Source: Gemmatimonadota bacterium (lineage in GTDB: Bacteria; Gemmatimonadota; Gemmatimonadetes; Gemmatimonadales; GWC2-71-9). From it: DNA of 56,562 bases. A program made the translations under genes and the position numbers. Under the pieces are notes generated by a model, which saw only the letters and a list, made by a program, of their open reading frames with translations, did no database searches and was not told the origin of the DNA. Below, piece after piece: positions 30,049-41,081 of this stretch. The DNA is taken from positions 1 to 56,562 of the forward strand of contig JBGQHV010000003.1 in the NCBI GenBank assembly GCA_041498155.1, in the 5' to 3' direction. Position 1 is the first letter of the stretch. Each line of letters starts with the position of its first letter.

Positions 30049-30470
30049 TCGATGCGGCGGCAGGCCACGTCGCGCAGAACCGTCTCCCGCTCAACCGGCA
30101 TGCGGCTACGCAGGGTGGTCCGAGCCGGCGCGTCGAAGGTGCGTCCCGGATCGAGGTAGTCGGCGAGGTAGAGCATCCGGCCCGCCGCGTCCCACCCGGC
30201 GTAGCCCAGCGAGTGGTAGCGCACGGCGTCGAGCACACCCTGGTCGCGCTCTCCGTCGCGGGCGAGTCGATCCGCGCACAGCGGACCGTGATCGAGCTCG
30301 GTGGCGGCCGGCGCGTCGCGCAGCGCGTCGTGCAGCCAAGCCGCGCGACGCCAGCGTTCGGCTTCGACCGGCGGAACGTCGAGCGCCGCGGCCCACTCCG
30401 TCAGCAGCCGGGCCACGCGCTCGATGTGCGCACGGCGTTCGGGAGTGACGATGGCCCAGGAGGGCAGCAT
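29976..30470 (-). CDS. HD-domain hydrolase, YqeK-like (Ap4A hydrolase family)
   Basis: R.AHIERV, AAWLHD, HGP, LDAVRYHSLG, LYLADYLDPGR. Confidence 0.8.
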   Translation of the reverse strand: MLPSWAIVTPERRAHIERVARLLTEWAAALDVPPVEAERWRRAAWLHDALRDAPAATELDHGPLCADRLARDGERDQGVLDAVRYHSLGYAGWDAAGRMLYLADYLDPGRTFDAPARTTLRSRMPVERETVLRDVACRRIEWIIQSHWCLKPETVAFWNALVSA

Positions 30471-30473
30471 GCG

Positions 30474-31343
30474 TCAGGCGCGCACGGAGGGGTCGGCACC
30501 TACACCCTCACCCAGAACGACGTTGTCGATGAGCCGGGTCGTCCCGACCCGCGCCGCCACCAGCGCGACCGTCGTCTGCGTCACCCGATCGACCCGCGAC
30601 AGTCCGCCGTCGGCGAGCGCGAAGTATTCCGGATGGACGTCGGGCGCGGCGAGGGCCTCGAGCCCCTTGTGCTGCAGCGTTGCCGGATCCGCCTCCCCCA
30701 CGCGCCAGGCGCGCTCCACCTCCCGCAACGACCGGAAGAGCACGAGGGCCGATCGCCGTTGATCCGCGGTCAGGTAGGCGTTCCGGGACGAGAGGGCCAG
30801 GCCGTCGAGCTCGCGCACCGTCGGCGCGACTTCGATGGCGAGGGGAAAGGCGAGATCACGCACCATTTGCTGCACCAGCATCGCCTGTTGATAGTCCTTG
30901 CGGCCGAACACGGCCACATCCGGCTCCACCTGGTGGAACAATTTGGCCACGACGGTCAGCACACCGGTGAAGTGCCCGGGCCGCGCCGCGCCCTCGAGCG
31001 TTTCCGCCATCGGACCGGGGGCGACGCGCACCAGTGGCTCCGCGGGATACATCTCCGGCAGCGCCGGCACGAAGATGCAATCCGCCCCCCGCGCTTCGGC
31101 CAATGCGTGATCGCGCTCGAGGTCGCGGGGGTAGCGCGCGAAGTCTTCCCCGGGCCCAAACTGCAGCGGGTTGACGAAGATGCTCAGGGCGACGACGTCC
31201 GCCACTTCGCGCGCACGATCCAGGAGCCGCAAGTGCCCCTCATGCAGAAACCCCATGGTCGGGACAAACCCGATGCGCCGACCCCGGGACCGCTCGCCGC
31301 GGGACCAGGCATGAATCTCGGCGACCGTGGTGAGCACGCGCAC
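30474..31343 (-). CDS. panC: Pantoate--beta-alanine ligase
   Basis: VPTMGFLHEGH, SIFVNPLQF, RPGHF, FGRKDYQQ, GLALSSRN, RLIDN. Confidence 0.96.
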   Translation of the reverse strand: MRVLTTVAEIHAWSRGERSRGRRIGFVPTMGFLHEGHLRLLDRAREVADVVALSIFVNPLQFGPGEDFARYPRDLERDHALAEARGADCIFVPALPEMYPAEPLVRVAPGPMAETLEGAARPGHFTGVLTVVAKLFHQVEPDVAVFGRKDYQQAMLVQQMVRDLAFPLAIEVAPTVRELDGLALSSRNAYLTADQRRSALVLFRSLREVERAWRVGEADPATLQHKGLEALAAPDVHPEYFALADGGLSRVDRVTQTTVALVAARVGTTRLIDNVVLGEGVGADPSVRA

Positions 31344-31440
31344 CGCAGAAAACAAACGGGGGAGGCCGTGCGGCGGTAGGTCCCCGCCCTACAACAACGC
31401 GCGTGCGCACCGGCCGCGCGTGCGCTAGCGTTCGATCTCA

Positions 31441-32592
31441 ATGAACGCGAAGCGCTGGGCGATCCTCCTGGCCGGGTTCGGGACGGTTGCCCCACTCGCC
31501 GGGCAGGGACCTCCCCGCCTGGATGACCTGAGCGGCCAGCGGCGGCCTCGGCTCGCCGCGCAGGCCGACACCAACGACTGGGAAGCGTACTTCGACTACG
31601 CTGTCGAGTACCTCCGCACCCAACCCGGGCGTGCCCGCCTGGGGTTCTTTTGGGCCGAGCGCCTGAATCCCATCCGAGCTGAGCCGCTGTACGGGCGTTG
31701 GGTGGCCTACTGGATGGGCCGGTCGGGGTGGTGGGAAGAGTATGTGCACGAGGCAAAGTCCGTCGTGAACGCCCCGAAGGTGCTGCAGGTGGACTCGTTG
31801 TACACCCGCGCGCTGCTGCGCAATCCCTTCGTCGCGCAAACCCTGGGCATTCTTCTCTACGACCAATTGCCCGGTCGCTGGGGTACCGACGATCTCACCC
31901 GCGGCCTGCTGGAGTACTCGGCTGGGAAGATGCAGGAGGCGGCGCGCGATTTCGCGATGGTGATCCGTCGCGACCCGCACCGGTACTACACGGTCCACTA
32001 CGACCGCGCGCTCGCCTTCACTGCATTGCAGTGGTGGGACAGCGCCGCGGTTGAATTGGACCAGATGCTGAACGAGATGCGGGCTCGCGACACGACGCGC
32101 ATCATCCACACGTACCAGTCCCGAGAGCTGCTGTTGTACGGCCTCGGTCTGTTACGCCTCGCTCAGGGGGATCACCCGGCCGGCCGGGCCGCGTTCGAAG
32201 CGGCGCTGGTGGAAGACCTGTCGTTTTTCCCGGCGCACGCGATGCTCGGCGAGCAGGCGCTCCAAGACCGCCACCCCGCGCAAGCGCTGCAGGAATACGC
32301 GCTGGCACTCGAGCTGAGTCATGGAGACCTCTGGGCTCGGCTCCAGTATGGCCAGGCCCTCATCCGGGCCGGGAAGCCCCAGGAGGCTGTCGCCCAGTTG
32401 GATACAGTGGTCCAGGCGGAACCGCTCTTCGCCGACCCGTATCTCGATTTGGGAACCGCGCGTGCGGCAGCCGGCCAGCCGGAGGCAGCGACGGCGTTCG
32501 AGACGTTCCTCCGGCTGGCACCCCGGAATGCGACGGGGAACATCGCCTACGCGCGGGGGCGACTCGCCGCGCTGGCCCACCAACCGCACTAG
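31441..32592 (+). CDS. Secreted tetratricopeptide-repeat protein
   Basis: Signal peptide; TPR-like helices (AHAMLGE..L, ARLQYGQAL..AG, PYLDLG, FETFLRLAP). Confidence 0.75.
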   Translation: MNAKRWAILLAGFGTVAPLAGQGPPRLDDLSGQRRPRLAAQADTNDWEAYFDYAVEYLRTQPGRARLGFFWAERLNPIRAEPLYGRWVAYWMGRSGWWEEYVHEAKSVVNAPKVLQVDSLYTRALLRNPFVAQTLGILLYDQLPGRWGTDDLTRGLLEYSAGKMQEAARDFAMVIRRDPHRYYTVHYDRALAFTALQWWDSAAVELDQMLNEMRARDTTRIIHTYQSRELLLYGLGLLRLAQGDHPAGRAAFEAALVEDLSFFPAHAMLGEQALQDRHPAQALQEYALALELSHGDLWARLQYGQALIRAGKPQEAVAQLDTVVQAEPLFADPYLDLGTARAAAGQPEAATAFETFLRLAPRNATGNIAYARGRLAALAHQPH

Positions 32593-33404
32593 CGCTCGAA
32601 CGCGTGGGCGGCGTCCGGATACCGCCCCTCCCGCACCTCCGTGCTGAACGCCGTCACCGCCGTCCGTACCACCTCGGCCAGCGACGCGTACTGCTTCACG
32701 AACTTCGCGCTGAAGCGATCGTTCAGCCCCAGCATGTCGTGCAGCACCAGAACCTGCCCGTCGCACGACGGCCCCGCCCCGATGCCGATCGTGGGGATCG
32801 TGAGGGACGCGGTGATCTCTCCGGCGAGTGGCGTGGGCACGAGCTCGAGCACGACCGCGAACGCGCCGGCCTCTTCGAGTGCCTTCGCGTCGTTCTTGAG
32901 GCGCTGGGCGGTCACGTCGTCCCGGCCCTGCACGCGATAGCCGCCGAGGGCGTGCACCGATTGCGGGGTGAGCCCGATGTGCCCCATCACCGCGATCCCG
33001 ACGTCCACCAGCGCGCGGACCGTCGGCGCGATGGGCACGCCACCTTCGAGCTTGACGGCGTGGCATCCCGTTTCGGCCATGGCCCGGCCGGCGTTGCGGA
33101 TCGCTTCCTCCCGGCTGACCTGGTAGGTGAGAAACGGCAGGTCGCACACGACCATCGCGCGCTGGGCGCCACGCCGCACCATGCGCGTGTGGTAGATCAT
33201 CTGGTCGAGCGTCGCGGAGAGCGTCGATTCGGCCCCGGCGAGCACCTGGTTGACCGAATCGCCCACGAGCAGCGCGTCCACACCGGCACCGTCCAGCAGC
33301 CGGGCGAACAGCGCGTCGTAACAGGTGAGCATCACGATCGGATGATGCTGCGCTTTCATGCGCAGCAGATCGTGGGTGGTGACGGGTCGTCCAGGGTCAG
33401 CCAT
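32589..33404 (-). CDS. panB: 3-methyl-2-oxobutanoate hydroxymethyltransferase
   Basis: MLTCYD, LLVGDS, DLPF, AVKLEGG, GHIGLTPQ, IGIGAG, GQVLV. Confidence 0.96.
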   Translation of the reverse strand: MADPGRPVTTHDLLRMKAQHHPIVMLTCYDALFARLLDGAGVDALLVGDSVNQVLAGAESTLSATLDQMIYHTRMVRRGAQRAMVVCDLPFLTYQVSREEAIRNAGRAMAETGCHAVKLEGGVPIAPTVRALVDVGIAVMGHIGLTPQSVHALGGYRVQGRDDVTAQRLKNDAKALEEAGAFAVVLELVPTPLAGEITASLTIPTIGIGAGPSCDGQVLVLHDMLGLNDRFSAKFVKQYASLAEVVRTAVTAFSTEVREGRYPDAAHAFER

Positions 33405-33828
33405 GGGCACTCGGGGCCAGGGCATCCAGCTCGGCGAGCTCGCGACGCCAGAAATCCCGATGTGGAAGCTCGGGATGGGGGATGGTGAGCTCCGGCGTGT
33501 CGAGCGTGCGGTCGCCGAACCGCACGATGTCCAGGTCGAGCGTCCGGGGGCCCCACCGTTCGCCGCGCTCCCGGCCGCGGTTCGTCTCGATCGCGCGGCA
33601 GTGCTCCAGCAGCTCGATCGGCTCGAGGGCCGTTACCAGGAGCACCATCTGGTTGAGATAGGGGCCCTGGGCGATCGGTCCGATCGGCGCCGTCTCCTCG
33701 ATTTGTGACGCGGCGACGAGATGGGTGTGGAGCAGCGTGGAGAGCCGCATTCGCGCGTAGGCCAGATGGGCGGTCCGCCCGCCCATGTTCGAGCCCAGCG
33801 CCACGTACACTCGCTCGAGCTGCCGCAT
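33397..33828 (-). CDS. folK: 2-amino-4-hydroxy-6-hydroxymethyldihydropteridine diphosphokinase
   Basis: YVALGSNMG, QGPYLN, RWGPRTLDLDI, LTIPHP. Confidence 0.95.
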   Translation of the reverse strand: MRQLERVYVALGSNMGGRTAHLAYARMRLSTLLHTHLVAASQIEETAPIGPIAQGPYLNQMVLLVTALEPIELLEHCRAIETNRGRERGERWGPRTLDLDIVRFGDRTLDTPELTIPHPELPHRDFWRRELAELDALAPSAHG

Positions 33829-33847
33829 GGAGGGGAATGCTAGTGGG

Positions 33848-35929
33848 CTAGTCGAGGCTCGCAAAGCCGCGCGTCAGATCGCGCAACCGGGACGCCACCT
33901 CTTCCAGCTCGCGGGTCGCGGTCTCGAGATTGCCGAGGCCCATCGCCGCTTCCCCCGCGCGCGCCGAGACGCCCTCGGCCTCCGCCCGGTTCTGCAGCGA
34001 GATCGCCGCCACGGCGCTGATCCGCTGGCGCAGCCGGCCAAACGCGTCGTCCTGCTCCCCCGCGGCGGCCGCGATGCGTTGGGCGTGTCCCGTGGCCTCC
34101 GCGGTGGCCCGCACGATCGTTTCGAGCGCTTCGAGGGCATCCGACGACAGCTCTTCCACGCCGGCGACGTTCACCTGGCCGCGTCGCATCTGCTCGACGA
34201 CTTCGCCGACCTGCCGGTGGATGTCGGCGACCAGCTCTCCCGCCTCGGTTGCCGCCTCGGCGCTCTGCTCGGCGAGCCGCCGCACCTCCTCCGCCACGAC
34301 GGCAAACCCCTTGCCGTGCCTGCCCGCGCGCGCCGCCTCGATGGCGGCGTTCAGCGCCAGCAGGTTCGTCATGTCCGAGAACTCACGGATCGAAGCGATG
34401 AACCCCGTGATCCGGCGACTCATGGCGCCCAGCTGCTGCACCTTGCCCGAGCTTTCGCCGACGAACGCTTTCAGGGCGACGAGCCGCGTCAGGGCGTCCT
34501 TCACCCGCTCCCGGTTGCGGCTGGCGGCGTCGCTCGCGGCGGTCGAGGCCTGCGCCGCCTCGGCGCCGTCTTCCACGACGCGGCGCGAGACCAGCGCGAG
34601 CGCGTCGGTCGCTTCGAGACCTCCCGCGACCTCGGCCTCTTCGGTCGTCGCGGCGCTCCGAATGGCGGCGGTGGACGAGGCGACCGCGCGGGAGACGTCG
34701 CGCAGCGACGCCGCCGCCTGACCGATCGTGCCGAGCTGCCGGGTCATGCGATCGAGCGTTTCGACGATCGGGCGTCGCAGATCATTGATGTGGATCGCGG
34801 TGGCCAGCTGATTGGCGAACGTCGCGATCGTGACGATGTCCTTGCGCCGGTAGGCGCGGCGCTTGTGATGCTCGAGCTCCAGCGTGCCGATCACCGCATC
34901 GCCGAAGCGCAGCGGCACCAGCACCAGACTCTGCACGTGCTCGGGAACGTCGGCCACCCGCTTGTCCCGCATCACGTCGTTGATCACCAGGGTTTCGCCG
35001 TTGGCGACGACCTGCCCGCGCAGCACGGCCACGTCGGCCGTCGGCTCTCCACGGTCCGGCCGACCGATCGCGCTGCGATAGGCGAGCTTCAGCCCGTCCT
35101 CGGTGCGCCGGAAGATGCGCAGATCGCCCCAGTCGACGAGCCGATGGGCGAGACGCTCGATGCGCTGGAAGGAATCGTGCAAGCTGATGTTGCTCGTAAT
35201 CACCGATTCGATCGCGTGGATCTTGTTCAGCTCCTCGGCGGAAATGGCCTCCTCGAGCATCTGTTTCAACAACTGTCCCAACGCCCCGAGCGCGGCCGCG
35301 ACGAACAACCAGGTGACCGGCGGCCACGCGAGCACGGCGCTGACGATAGTCGTCACCGCGCCCATCGTACCGAAGTACGAGATCACTTCGTATCGGATGA
35401 TGAGGAGCTGCTCGTTCTGCTCGAGCTTGCCACGGATCAGCAGGCTCAGGTAGAACAGCAGGCGGCTGAACACGAAGTACGAGAGCGCGTAGAAGAACGC
35501 GGCCGGAATCGTCGCGACGTGCAGCCCCGGGTCCGCCACGCCCGAGATCGCCAGGATGGCCGCGTAGATGCCGTAGGCCGCCGTCAGCGCGATCGTCTCG
35601 CGTCCGAAATTGATCACCGCCGCCCACAGGGTCTTGCGCAGCCACACCCAGTCGGCCAGCAGCGTCCCGCCCGCCAGCGCGAGCAGCGTCGCGGGGAGGC
35701 CAACGAGCAGGCTCCCCGCCAGGCTCACGACGGCCGTCTGACTCAGATAGGAGTACTTCGAGAGCCGCACCGTCTGCCCGCGCAGCCCGATGCACGCGAC
35801 GAACATCACGAGGATCTCGATCCACTGATGCGTCCAGCGGGGATCCTCGATGAGCACCGCGGTGAGCAGGGCGATGCCGATCGCGGCGAGCCCGCGCCCG
35901 TAGAGGAGCACGAAACGCTGGAAGTTCAC
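33848..35929 (-). CDS. Methyl-accepting chemotaxis protein with a multi-TM N-terminus and a GAF domain
   Basis: About 7 hydrophobic segments, GAF (SLVLVPL..VIGTLEL), [33 protein letters not shown] overlaps the trpA TGA. Confidence 0.92.
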   Translation of the reverse strand: MNFQRFVLLYGRGLAAIGIALLTAVLIEDPRWTHQWIEILVMFVACIGLRGQTVRLSKYSYLSQTAVVSLAGSLLVGLPATLLALAGGTLLADWVWLRKTLWAAVINFGRETIALTAAYGIYAAILAISGVADPGLHVATIPAAFFYALSYFVFSRLLFYLSLLIRGKLEQNEQLLIIRYEVISYFGTMGAVTTIVSAVLAWPPVTWLFVAAALGALGQLLKQMLEEAISAEELNKIHAIESVITSNISLHDSFQRIERLAHRLVDWGDLRIFRRTEDGLKLAYRSAIGRPDRGEPTADVAVLRGQVVANGETLVINDVMRDKRVADVPEHVQSLVLVPLRFGDAVIGTLELEHHKRRAYRRKDIVTIATFANQLATAIHINDLRRPIVETLDRMTRQLGTIGQAAASLRDVSRAVASSTAAIRSAATTEEAEVAGGLEATDALALVSRRVVEDGAEAAQASTAASDAASRNRERVKDALTRLVALKAFVGESSGKVQQLGAMSRRITGFIASIREFSDMTNLLALNAAIEAARAGRHGKGFAVVAEEVRRLAEQSAEAATEAGELVADIHRQVGEVVEQMRRGQVNVAGVEELSSDALEALETIVRATAEATGHAQRIAAAAGEQDDAFGRLRQRISAVAAISLQNRAEAEGVSARAGEAAMGLGNLETATRELEEVASRLRDLTRGFASLD

Positions 35930-36726
35930 GCGGCGCCCCGGACGCGCAGCGCGTCGGACAACCCCGCGAGCAGGCGCTCGGCCGCCGCGAGCCCGCCCGT
36001 GCCGAGCGCCTCCACCAGCGCGCTGCCCACCACGACGCCGTCCGCCCACCGCGCGGCTTCGGCCGCCTGCGCCGGGGTGCCGATCCCGAACCCCACGGCG
36101 ATGGGCAGGCGAGTCACCGCCCGGATCCGGCGCACATGGCGATCGAGGTCCGGCGGGGCATCGGGACGGGCTCCTGTGACGCCGAGGCGCGAGATGAAAT
36201 AGACGAAGCCACCGCCGCCGGCGAGCGCGCCGGGGAGTCGTTCATCGGGCGTCGTCGGCGCCACGAGACGAATCAGATCGAGCGCGCTTGCACCGATCGC
36301 GCGATCGAGCCCCGGATCGGCTCCCCCGGGAAGATCGGTGCAGAGGAGCCCGCTCACGCCGGACGCCGCCGCGTCCACGAGGAACCGGTCCACGCCGTAC
36401 GCGAGCACCGGGTTGAGGTAGGTCATCAACACTACCGGCACGCGCAGCGCAGTGTCCCGAACCAGCTCCAGGACGCCGGCGACCGTCATTCCCCGCTCCA
36501 GCGCCGCCTGTGTCGAGCGTTGAATGGTCGGGCCGTCCGCGAGCGGATCGCTGAACGGAATGCCGAGCTCCACCACGTCGGCCGCGGTGCGCTCGGCCAT
36601 CCGCAGCGCTTCGCGGCAGGTCGCTGTGGTGGGATATCCGGCGGTGAAATAGGGGATCAATGCCGCCCGTCCCTGGGCGCGTGCGGCGCCGAAGGCCCGG
36701 GCGATGGGGGAAGGACGGTCAGACAA
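35926..36726 (-). CDS. trpA: Tryptophan synthase alpha subunit
   Basis: [47 protein letters not shown]. Confidence 0.97.
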   Translation of the reverse strand: MSDRPSPIARAFGAARAQGRAALIPYFTAGYPTTATCREALRMAERTAADVVELGIPFSDPLADGPTIQRSTQAALERGMTVAGVLELVRDTALRVPVVLMTYLNPVLAYGVDRFLVDAAASGVSGLLCTDLPGGADPGLDRAIGASALDLIRLVAPTTPDERLPGALAGGGGFVYFISRLGVTGARPDAPPDLDRHVRRIRAVTRLPIAVGFGIGTPAQAAEAARWADGVVVGSALVEALGTGGLAAAERLLAGLSDALRVRGAA

Positions 36727-38212
36727 AGTAGTCGCTGACGTTGATGCCGTATTTGGCCGGGTCGGTCACTTTGATGATGGTGCGCGGGAAGTTTCCCTGC
36801 TCGTCGCGCTCGGCCAGGTCGGTCAGGAACCCCGGACGTTGGATCGCGCCATCGGCGGAGGCGACGACGCGCACCACGGGACGGTGCAGGAAGCTCGAAT
36901 CCGGATTCGCCGCGTGCACCAATGCCACCTCGTAGGTATCGAGGATGACGCACGTGCCCACCGGGTAGACACCGATCAAGTTGATGAACGCCTTCACCAC
37001 CACGGGGTCGTAGCCGCGGCGCGGGTTCTCCCACATCTCTTTCAGCACCTGGTCGGGCTGAATCGGCACCGTCTGGTACACCCGCCGGCTCGTGGCCGCG
37101 TCGAATCCGTCCGCCACCGCGACGATCTTGGAGAAGATGGACAAGGTCCGGGGCCGGATCGACTTGGGGTAGCCGGTGAGATCGGTCTTCATGTGGTGCT
37201 CGAACGCCACGACCATGCCCCGGTAGGGGATTTCGCCGTACCCGCGCAGGCCGAACAGGGTGAGCACCCCGAGCCAGGGATGGGCCTGGAGGATGCGCCA
37301 CTCGTCCTCGGTGAGGCCGCCTTCCTTGTTGAGCACCTCGAGGGGGACACGCGATTTGCCGACGTCGTGAAACAGCGCCGTCATCCCGAGGTCGTACAGC
37401 TGCAGCTTGGTGAGGCCGAGCTTGCGGCCCAGCGCCACGGAGAAGATGCAGACGTTCACCGAGTGCACGAAGGTGTACTCGTCGTAATCGCGCAGCGTGG
37501 TGAGGCCCAGCAGCGACGATTCATTGTTGAGCACCTGATCGACGATCGCCTGCACCGCCCGCTTGACCCGCTTCACGTTGGCCGTGCGGCCCAGGCGCAG
37601 GCTGTTGATCACCTCGCGCGTCACCGCGACGGATCGCGCGTAGGTGCGCTTGGCCGCTTCCTTGGCGCGCTCGGAGTCCGCGAGGTTCTCATCGGTCTCG
37701 AACGGCGGCTCGACGGTGACGTGCGACGCCCCCGCTTCCGACAGCTTCGCCGAGATGTCGTAGATCTTGTCGGGACTCGCTTCTTTCGCCGCGTGCGCCA
37801 GCAGCAGCGAGACGAGGATCTGCAGCTCCCGGCGGTCCACCTGGTCTTCGAGGCGGATCGTGCCGACGCCGCACGTGCGCATCACCTGCAGGACGTGGGA
37901 GAACGAGGCGTAGTTCTCGAGCGCCAGCCGCAAGCGGGTCGCGTTCACGTAGATGAACTCGCCCTGCAGCCGGAGCTCCAGCTCGTGCTCGACGTCGAGC
38001 AGATGGCGGGCCGCCGACGTCAATTCGTCGAGCGCCTTCTGCACCTGGGCGTTCTCGACCGGATAGAGCTTCAGCGACCGCAGCGCGGCGTAGAAGACCA
38101 CCAGGAATTCCCGGCCGGCGTGCCGCAGGAAACTGTCGGTCGAAGCAACCGCTTCGCTGATCGTAGACCGGCGCGGCGCCGTGTTGCCGGCGGCGGGCGG
38201 CGAGTCGCTCAT
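36719..38212 (-). CDS. HD-GYP family phosphodiesterase with an uncharacterised N-terminal domain
   Basis: DEYTFVHSVNV, FHDVGK, LNKEG.LT.DEW, HP, EHH..D..GYP, VADGFDA..S.R.Y, YPVG. Confidence 0.88.
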   Translation of the reverse strand: MSDSPPAAGNTAPRRSTISEAVASTDSFLRHAGREFLVVFYAALRSLKLYPVENAQVQKALDELTSAARHLLDVEHELELRLQGEFIYVNATRLRLALENYASFSHVLQVMRTCGVGTIRLEDQVDRRELQILVSLLLAHAAKEASPDKIYDISAKLSEAGASHVTVEPPFETDENLADSERAKEAAKRTYARSVAVTREVINSLRLGRTANVKRVKRAVQAIVDQVLNNESSLLGLTTLRDYDEYTFVHSVNVCIFSVALGRKLGLTKLQLYDLGMTALFHDVGKSRVPLEVLNKEGGLTEDEWRILQAHPWLGVLTLFGLRGYGEIPYRGMVVAFEHHMKTDLTGYPKSIRPRTLSIFSKIVAVADGFDAATSRRVYQTVPIQPDQVLKEMWENPRRGYDPVVVKAFINLIGVYPVGTCVILDTYEVALVHAANPDSSFLHRPVVRVVASADGAIQRPGFLTDLAERDEQGNFPRTIIKVTDPAKYGINVSDYFV

Positions 38213-39882
38213 CGCGGCATCTCCCGTAGCGCGCGGCTCACTGCGTTGCGCACCAAGGCTTCCTTATCCTGCCCGGCCCGCTCCAGCACCGCCCGCGCTT
38301 CGGCCGTCCGCATCTTCCCGAGGGCCATCGCGGCACAGGCACGGGTATCGGGATCCTCCCGCCGCCCCAGCAGTCCTCGCGGCACCAGGATCTTCTCGAG
38401 GACGGCGACGCCGGCCGCCCCCGACAGCGCGCCGAACGCCTCGAAAAACGCGATCTTCTCGGTGAGGTCGGCCTGCCGCAGCTTGCCGCCGGTCACGGCC
38501 GCTTCGACGCGCTGGAACGCGCCGCGATGCCCGCGGCTGCTGAGGAACCGCACCGCCGCCATCCGCACGTCGCGCTCTGGATCTTCCACCGCCCCCTCGA
38601 GCATCCGCAGCGCGTTCGGGCTGGCGATCGACGTCAACGCGTCGACCACCGCGAGCTTCATTTCCCGGTCGCCCGATTCCAGGAGTCGGCCCATCCCGTC
38701 CGGCGCGGCGGCAAGCCGCAGCCGCCCCGCCAGCCGTACCATCTCGAGCGCGGTCTCCGTATCGGGGCTGGCGAGCGCCTTCAGCACTTCCGCGGGGTTC
38801 TGGTTCGCGAGACGCTCGGCCGAGCGTTTGACCAGCGTCTTCACCTGCTCGTTCGCGAGCCGTGACACCCATCCCGCCAGCGTCACGATCGCTTCCGGCT
38901 TGAGCTCCCGGAACAGCTCGCCCAGCTCGTCCTCGGACGGGTGCACCGTCGCCTCGTCCAGTGCCTGCAGAAGCTGGGACAACGCTTCGGGCTGAGACAG
39001 CCGGGCAGGGATGGCGACGAGGGCGGCGCGATGCTCGGGGATGATCTCCTTACCGCGCTGCAGTACTTCCCGCAGCTCGCTCAGCACGAACGCCACCGAA
39101 TGGAAATCCCCCGAACCGAGGAGGTAGGGGATGAAATTCTCGACGATGGCGATCAGCTCGGCCCGGACCGTGCCGTAGGTCTGCAGCTCCAGCAAGTCGA
39201 ACAGCACCGACAGCACGTTGTGTCGCAGGTCCTGCGCATACTCCCGCTCCACTTCGCTCTGCAGGTAGCCGATCTCCTGATCCTCGAGGAAGTACAGGGT
39301 CGTGTCGAACTCGTCGACCGACACGACCTCCCGTTGCGGCGGCGCTTCCTGCTGCACCTGCTGCACCACGTCGTTGGGCGACGGGGTGTTGGTCGGCTCC
39401 TCGACCTCGATGGGGGATCCGGCGTCGAGCTGGATCTCCCGGAACGTATAGGACAGGAACTGGAAGTCTTCCTGCCACAGGAGGGTCAACAGATCGTCGG
39501 CGGCGTCGGCCTGGAGTGTGCGCGCCTGGTGCAGGACCTGCATGAAGCGGACAAGCTCCGTGTCTTCCACCCCCGGCCGCAGCGTGACCGAGCGGACGCC
39601 GTCCTTGAACAGCGTCCAGGCGATGCTCTCGTTCTTCTGATCGTGGCTGTAGACGACGTTGCCTTCCCACCGCAGCTCGGTTTCCTGGACGTCCAGCACG
39701 AGATCTTCGGTAGACTGCCACAGCTTGCGGCAGGCGACGCGGACGTTTTCGACCGCGCGCTGGTAGACCGGATTGTTGGGGAGGTACAGCTGGACGGCGC
39801 GCAACGCCTTCCCGATGAGCGACAGCAGCTCCTCGACCTGCGCCGGCGGCAGTGCCAGCTCGGTGCTCGGCGCGTCGCTCAC
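38209..39882 (-). CDS. HEAT-repeat protein with an uncharacterised N-terminal domain
   Basis: HEAT-like repeats ([49 protein letters not shown]). GTG overlaps the trpB TGA. Confidence 0.8.
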   Translation of the reverse strand: MSDAPSTELALPPAQVEELLSLIGKALRAVQLYLPNNPVYQRAVENVRVACRKLWQSTEDLVLDVQETELRWEGNVVYSHDQKNESIAWTLFKDGVRSVTLRPGVEDTELVRFMQVLHQARTLQADAADDLLTLLWQEDFQFLSYTFREIQLDAGSPIEVEEPTNTPSPNDVVQQVQQEAPPQREVVSVDEFDTTLYFLEDQEIGYLQSEVEREYAQDLRHNVLSVLFDLLELQTYGTVRAELIAIVENFIPYLLGSGDFHSVAFVLSELREVLQRGKEIIPEHRAALVAIPARLSQPEALSQLLQALDEATVHPSEDELGELFRELKPEAIVTLAGWVSRLANEQVKTLVKRSAERLANQNPAEVLKALASPDTETALEMVRLAGRLRLAAAPDGMGRLLESGDREMKLAVVDALTSIASPNALRMLEGAVEDPERDVRMAAVRFLSSRGHRGAFQRVEAAVTGGKLRQADLTEKIAFFEAFGALSGAAGVAVLEKILVPRGLLGRREDPDTRACAAMALGKMRTAEARAVLERAGQDKEALVRNAVSRALREMPR

Positions 39883-41081
39883 GGACCCTGCTCCGCCAGG
39901 TCGGCGACCATCGCGACGTCCTTGTCGCCCCGGCCGCTCAGGTTGATGAGCGCCAGGTCCCCCGCCTTCCAGCGTCGCTCCCCTCCCGCCAACCGCACCC
40001 ACGCGACCGCGTGGGCGCTTTCGAGCGCGGGAACGATCCCCTCGAGCCGGGCCAAGGCGCTAAACGCCTCCAGTGCCTGACGATCCGTCACGGTCTGATA
40101 CAATACCCGCCCGCGGTCCTTCAAGAAAGCGTGCTCCGGTCCCACACCGGGATAATCCAGTCCGGCCGAGATGGAATGGGCCGGACGGACCTGGCCGTCG
40201 GCGTCCTGCAAGAGGTAGCTGCGGCTGCCGTGGAAGACGCCGGGCCGCCCCATCGACAGCGATGCGGCGTGCCGGCCGGTCTCGATTCCTGCTCCGGCGG
40301 CCTCCACCCCCACCAGCTCGACCGCCGCGTCGTCCAGGAAAGCGCTGAAGATGCCGATCGCGTTGGAGCCGCCGCCCACGCAGGCGACCACCGTGCGCGG
40401 CAGCCGCCCGTAGCGCTCCAGGCACTGGGCCCGCGCTTCCCGACCGATCACCGCCTGAAAATCGCGCACCATGCGCGGAAACGGATCGGGTCCCACGACC
40501 GAGCCGATGATGTAGTGGGTGTCGGTCACGTGGGTCACCCAGTCGCGCATCGCCTCGTTGGTCGCGTCCTTCAACGTCCGCGTCCCCGACGTCACCGGCA
40601 CCACCCGGGTGCCCATCAGCTCCATGCGGTACACGTTCAACCGTTGACGCCGCATGTCCTCCTCACCCATGTAGACGACGCACTCGAGCCCGAAGCGCGC
40701 GCACACCGTGGCCGTCGCGACGCCGTGCTGGCCGGCCCCCGTCTCGGCGATAATGCGATGCTTGCCCATGCGACGGGCGAGCAGCGCCTGCCCCAGCGTG
40801 TTGTTGATCTTGTGCGCGCCGGTGTGGTTCAGGTCCTCGCGCTTGAGGAGCAGCGTGATGCCTTCGCCAAGCTCCGCCGCCAGCCGGGGGACTTCCGTGA
40901 GCGGCGTGGGACGGCCGACGTAGTCGCGCTGCAATCGGTCGAGCTCCTCCCAGAATCCCCGGTCGACTCGGGCCGCCTCATAGACCGCGGCCAGCTCGTC
41001 CAGTGCCGCCATCAGGGTTTCGGGAACGTAGCGACCGCCGTACGGCCCAAACAGCCTGAGATCCGCCGTCCCCACCGTCAT
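39879..41081 (-). CDS. trpB: Tryptophan synthase beta subunit
   Basis: [58 protein letters not shown]. Confidence 0.98.
   Translation of the reverse strand: MTVGTADLRLFGPYGGRYVPETLMAALDELAAVYEAARVDRGFWEELDRLQRDYVGRPTPLTEVPRLAAELGEGITLLLKREDLNHTGAHKINNTLGQALLARRMGKHRIIAETGAGQHGVATATVCARFGLECVVYMGEEDMRRQRLNVYRMELMGTRVVPVTSGTRTLKDATNEAMRDWVTHVTDTHYIIGSVVGPDPFPRMVRDFQAVIGREARAQCLERYGRLPRTVVACVGGGSNAIGIFSAFLDDAAVELVGVEAAGAGIETGRHAASLSMGRPGVFHGSRSYLLQDADGQVRPAHSISAGLDYPGVGPEHAFLKDRGRVLYQTVTDRQALEAFSALARLEGIVPALESAHAVAWVRLAGGERRWKAGDLALINLSGRGDKDVAMVADLAEQGP

Noticed and set aside
31398-31425. 11-bp direct repeat CGCGCGTGCGC upstream of the TPR gene, and a weak hairpin plus U-tract before panC
   Set aside because: Low-complexity GC sequence and an imperfect stem; I cannot distinguish either from chance.
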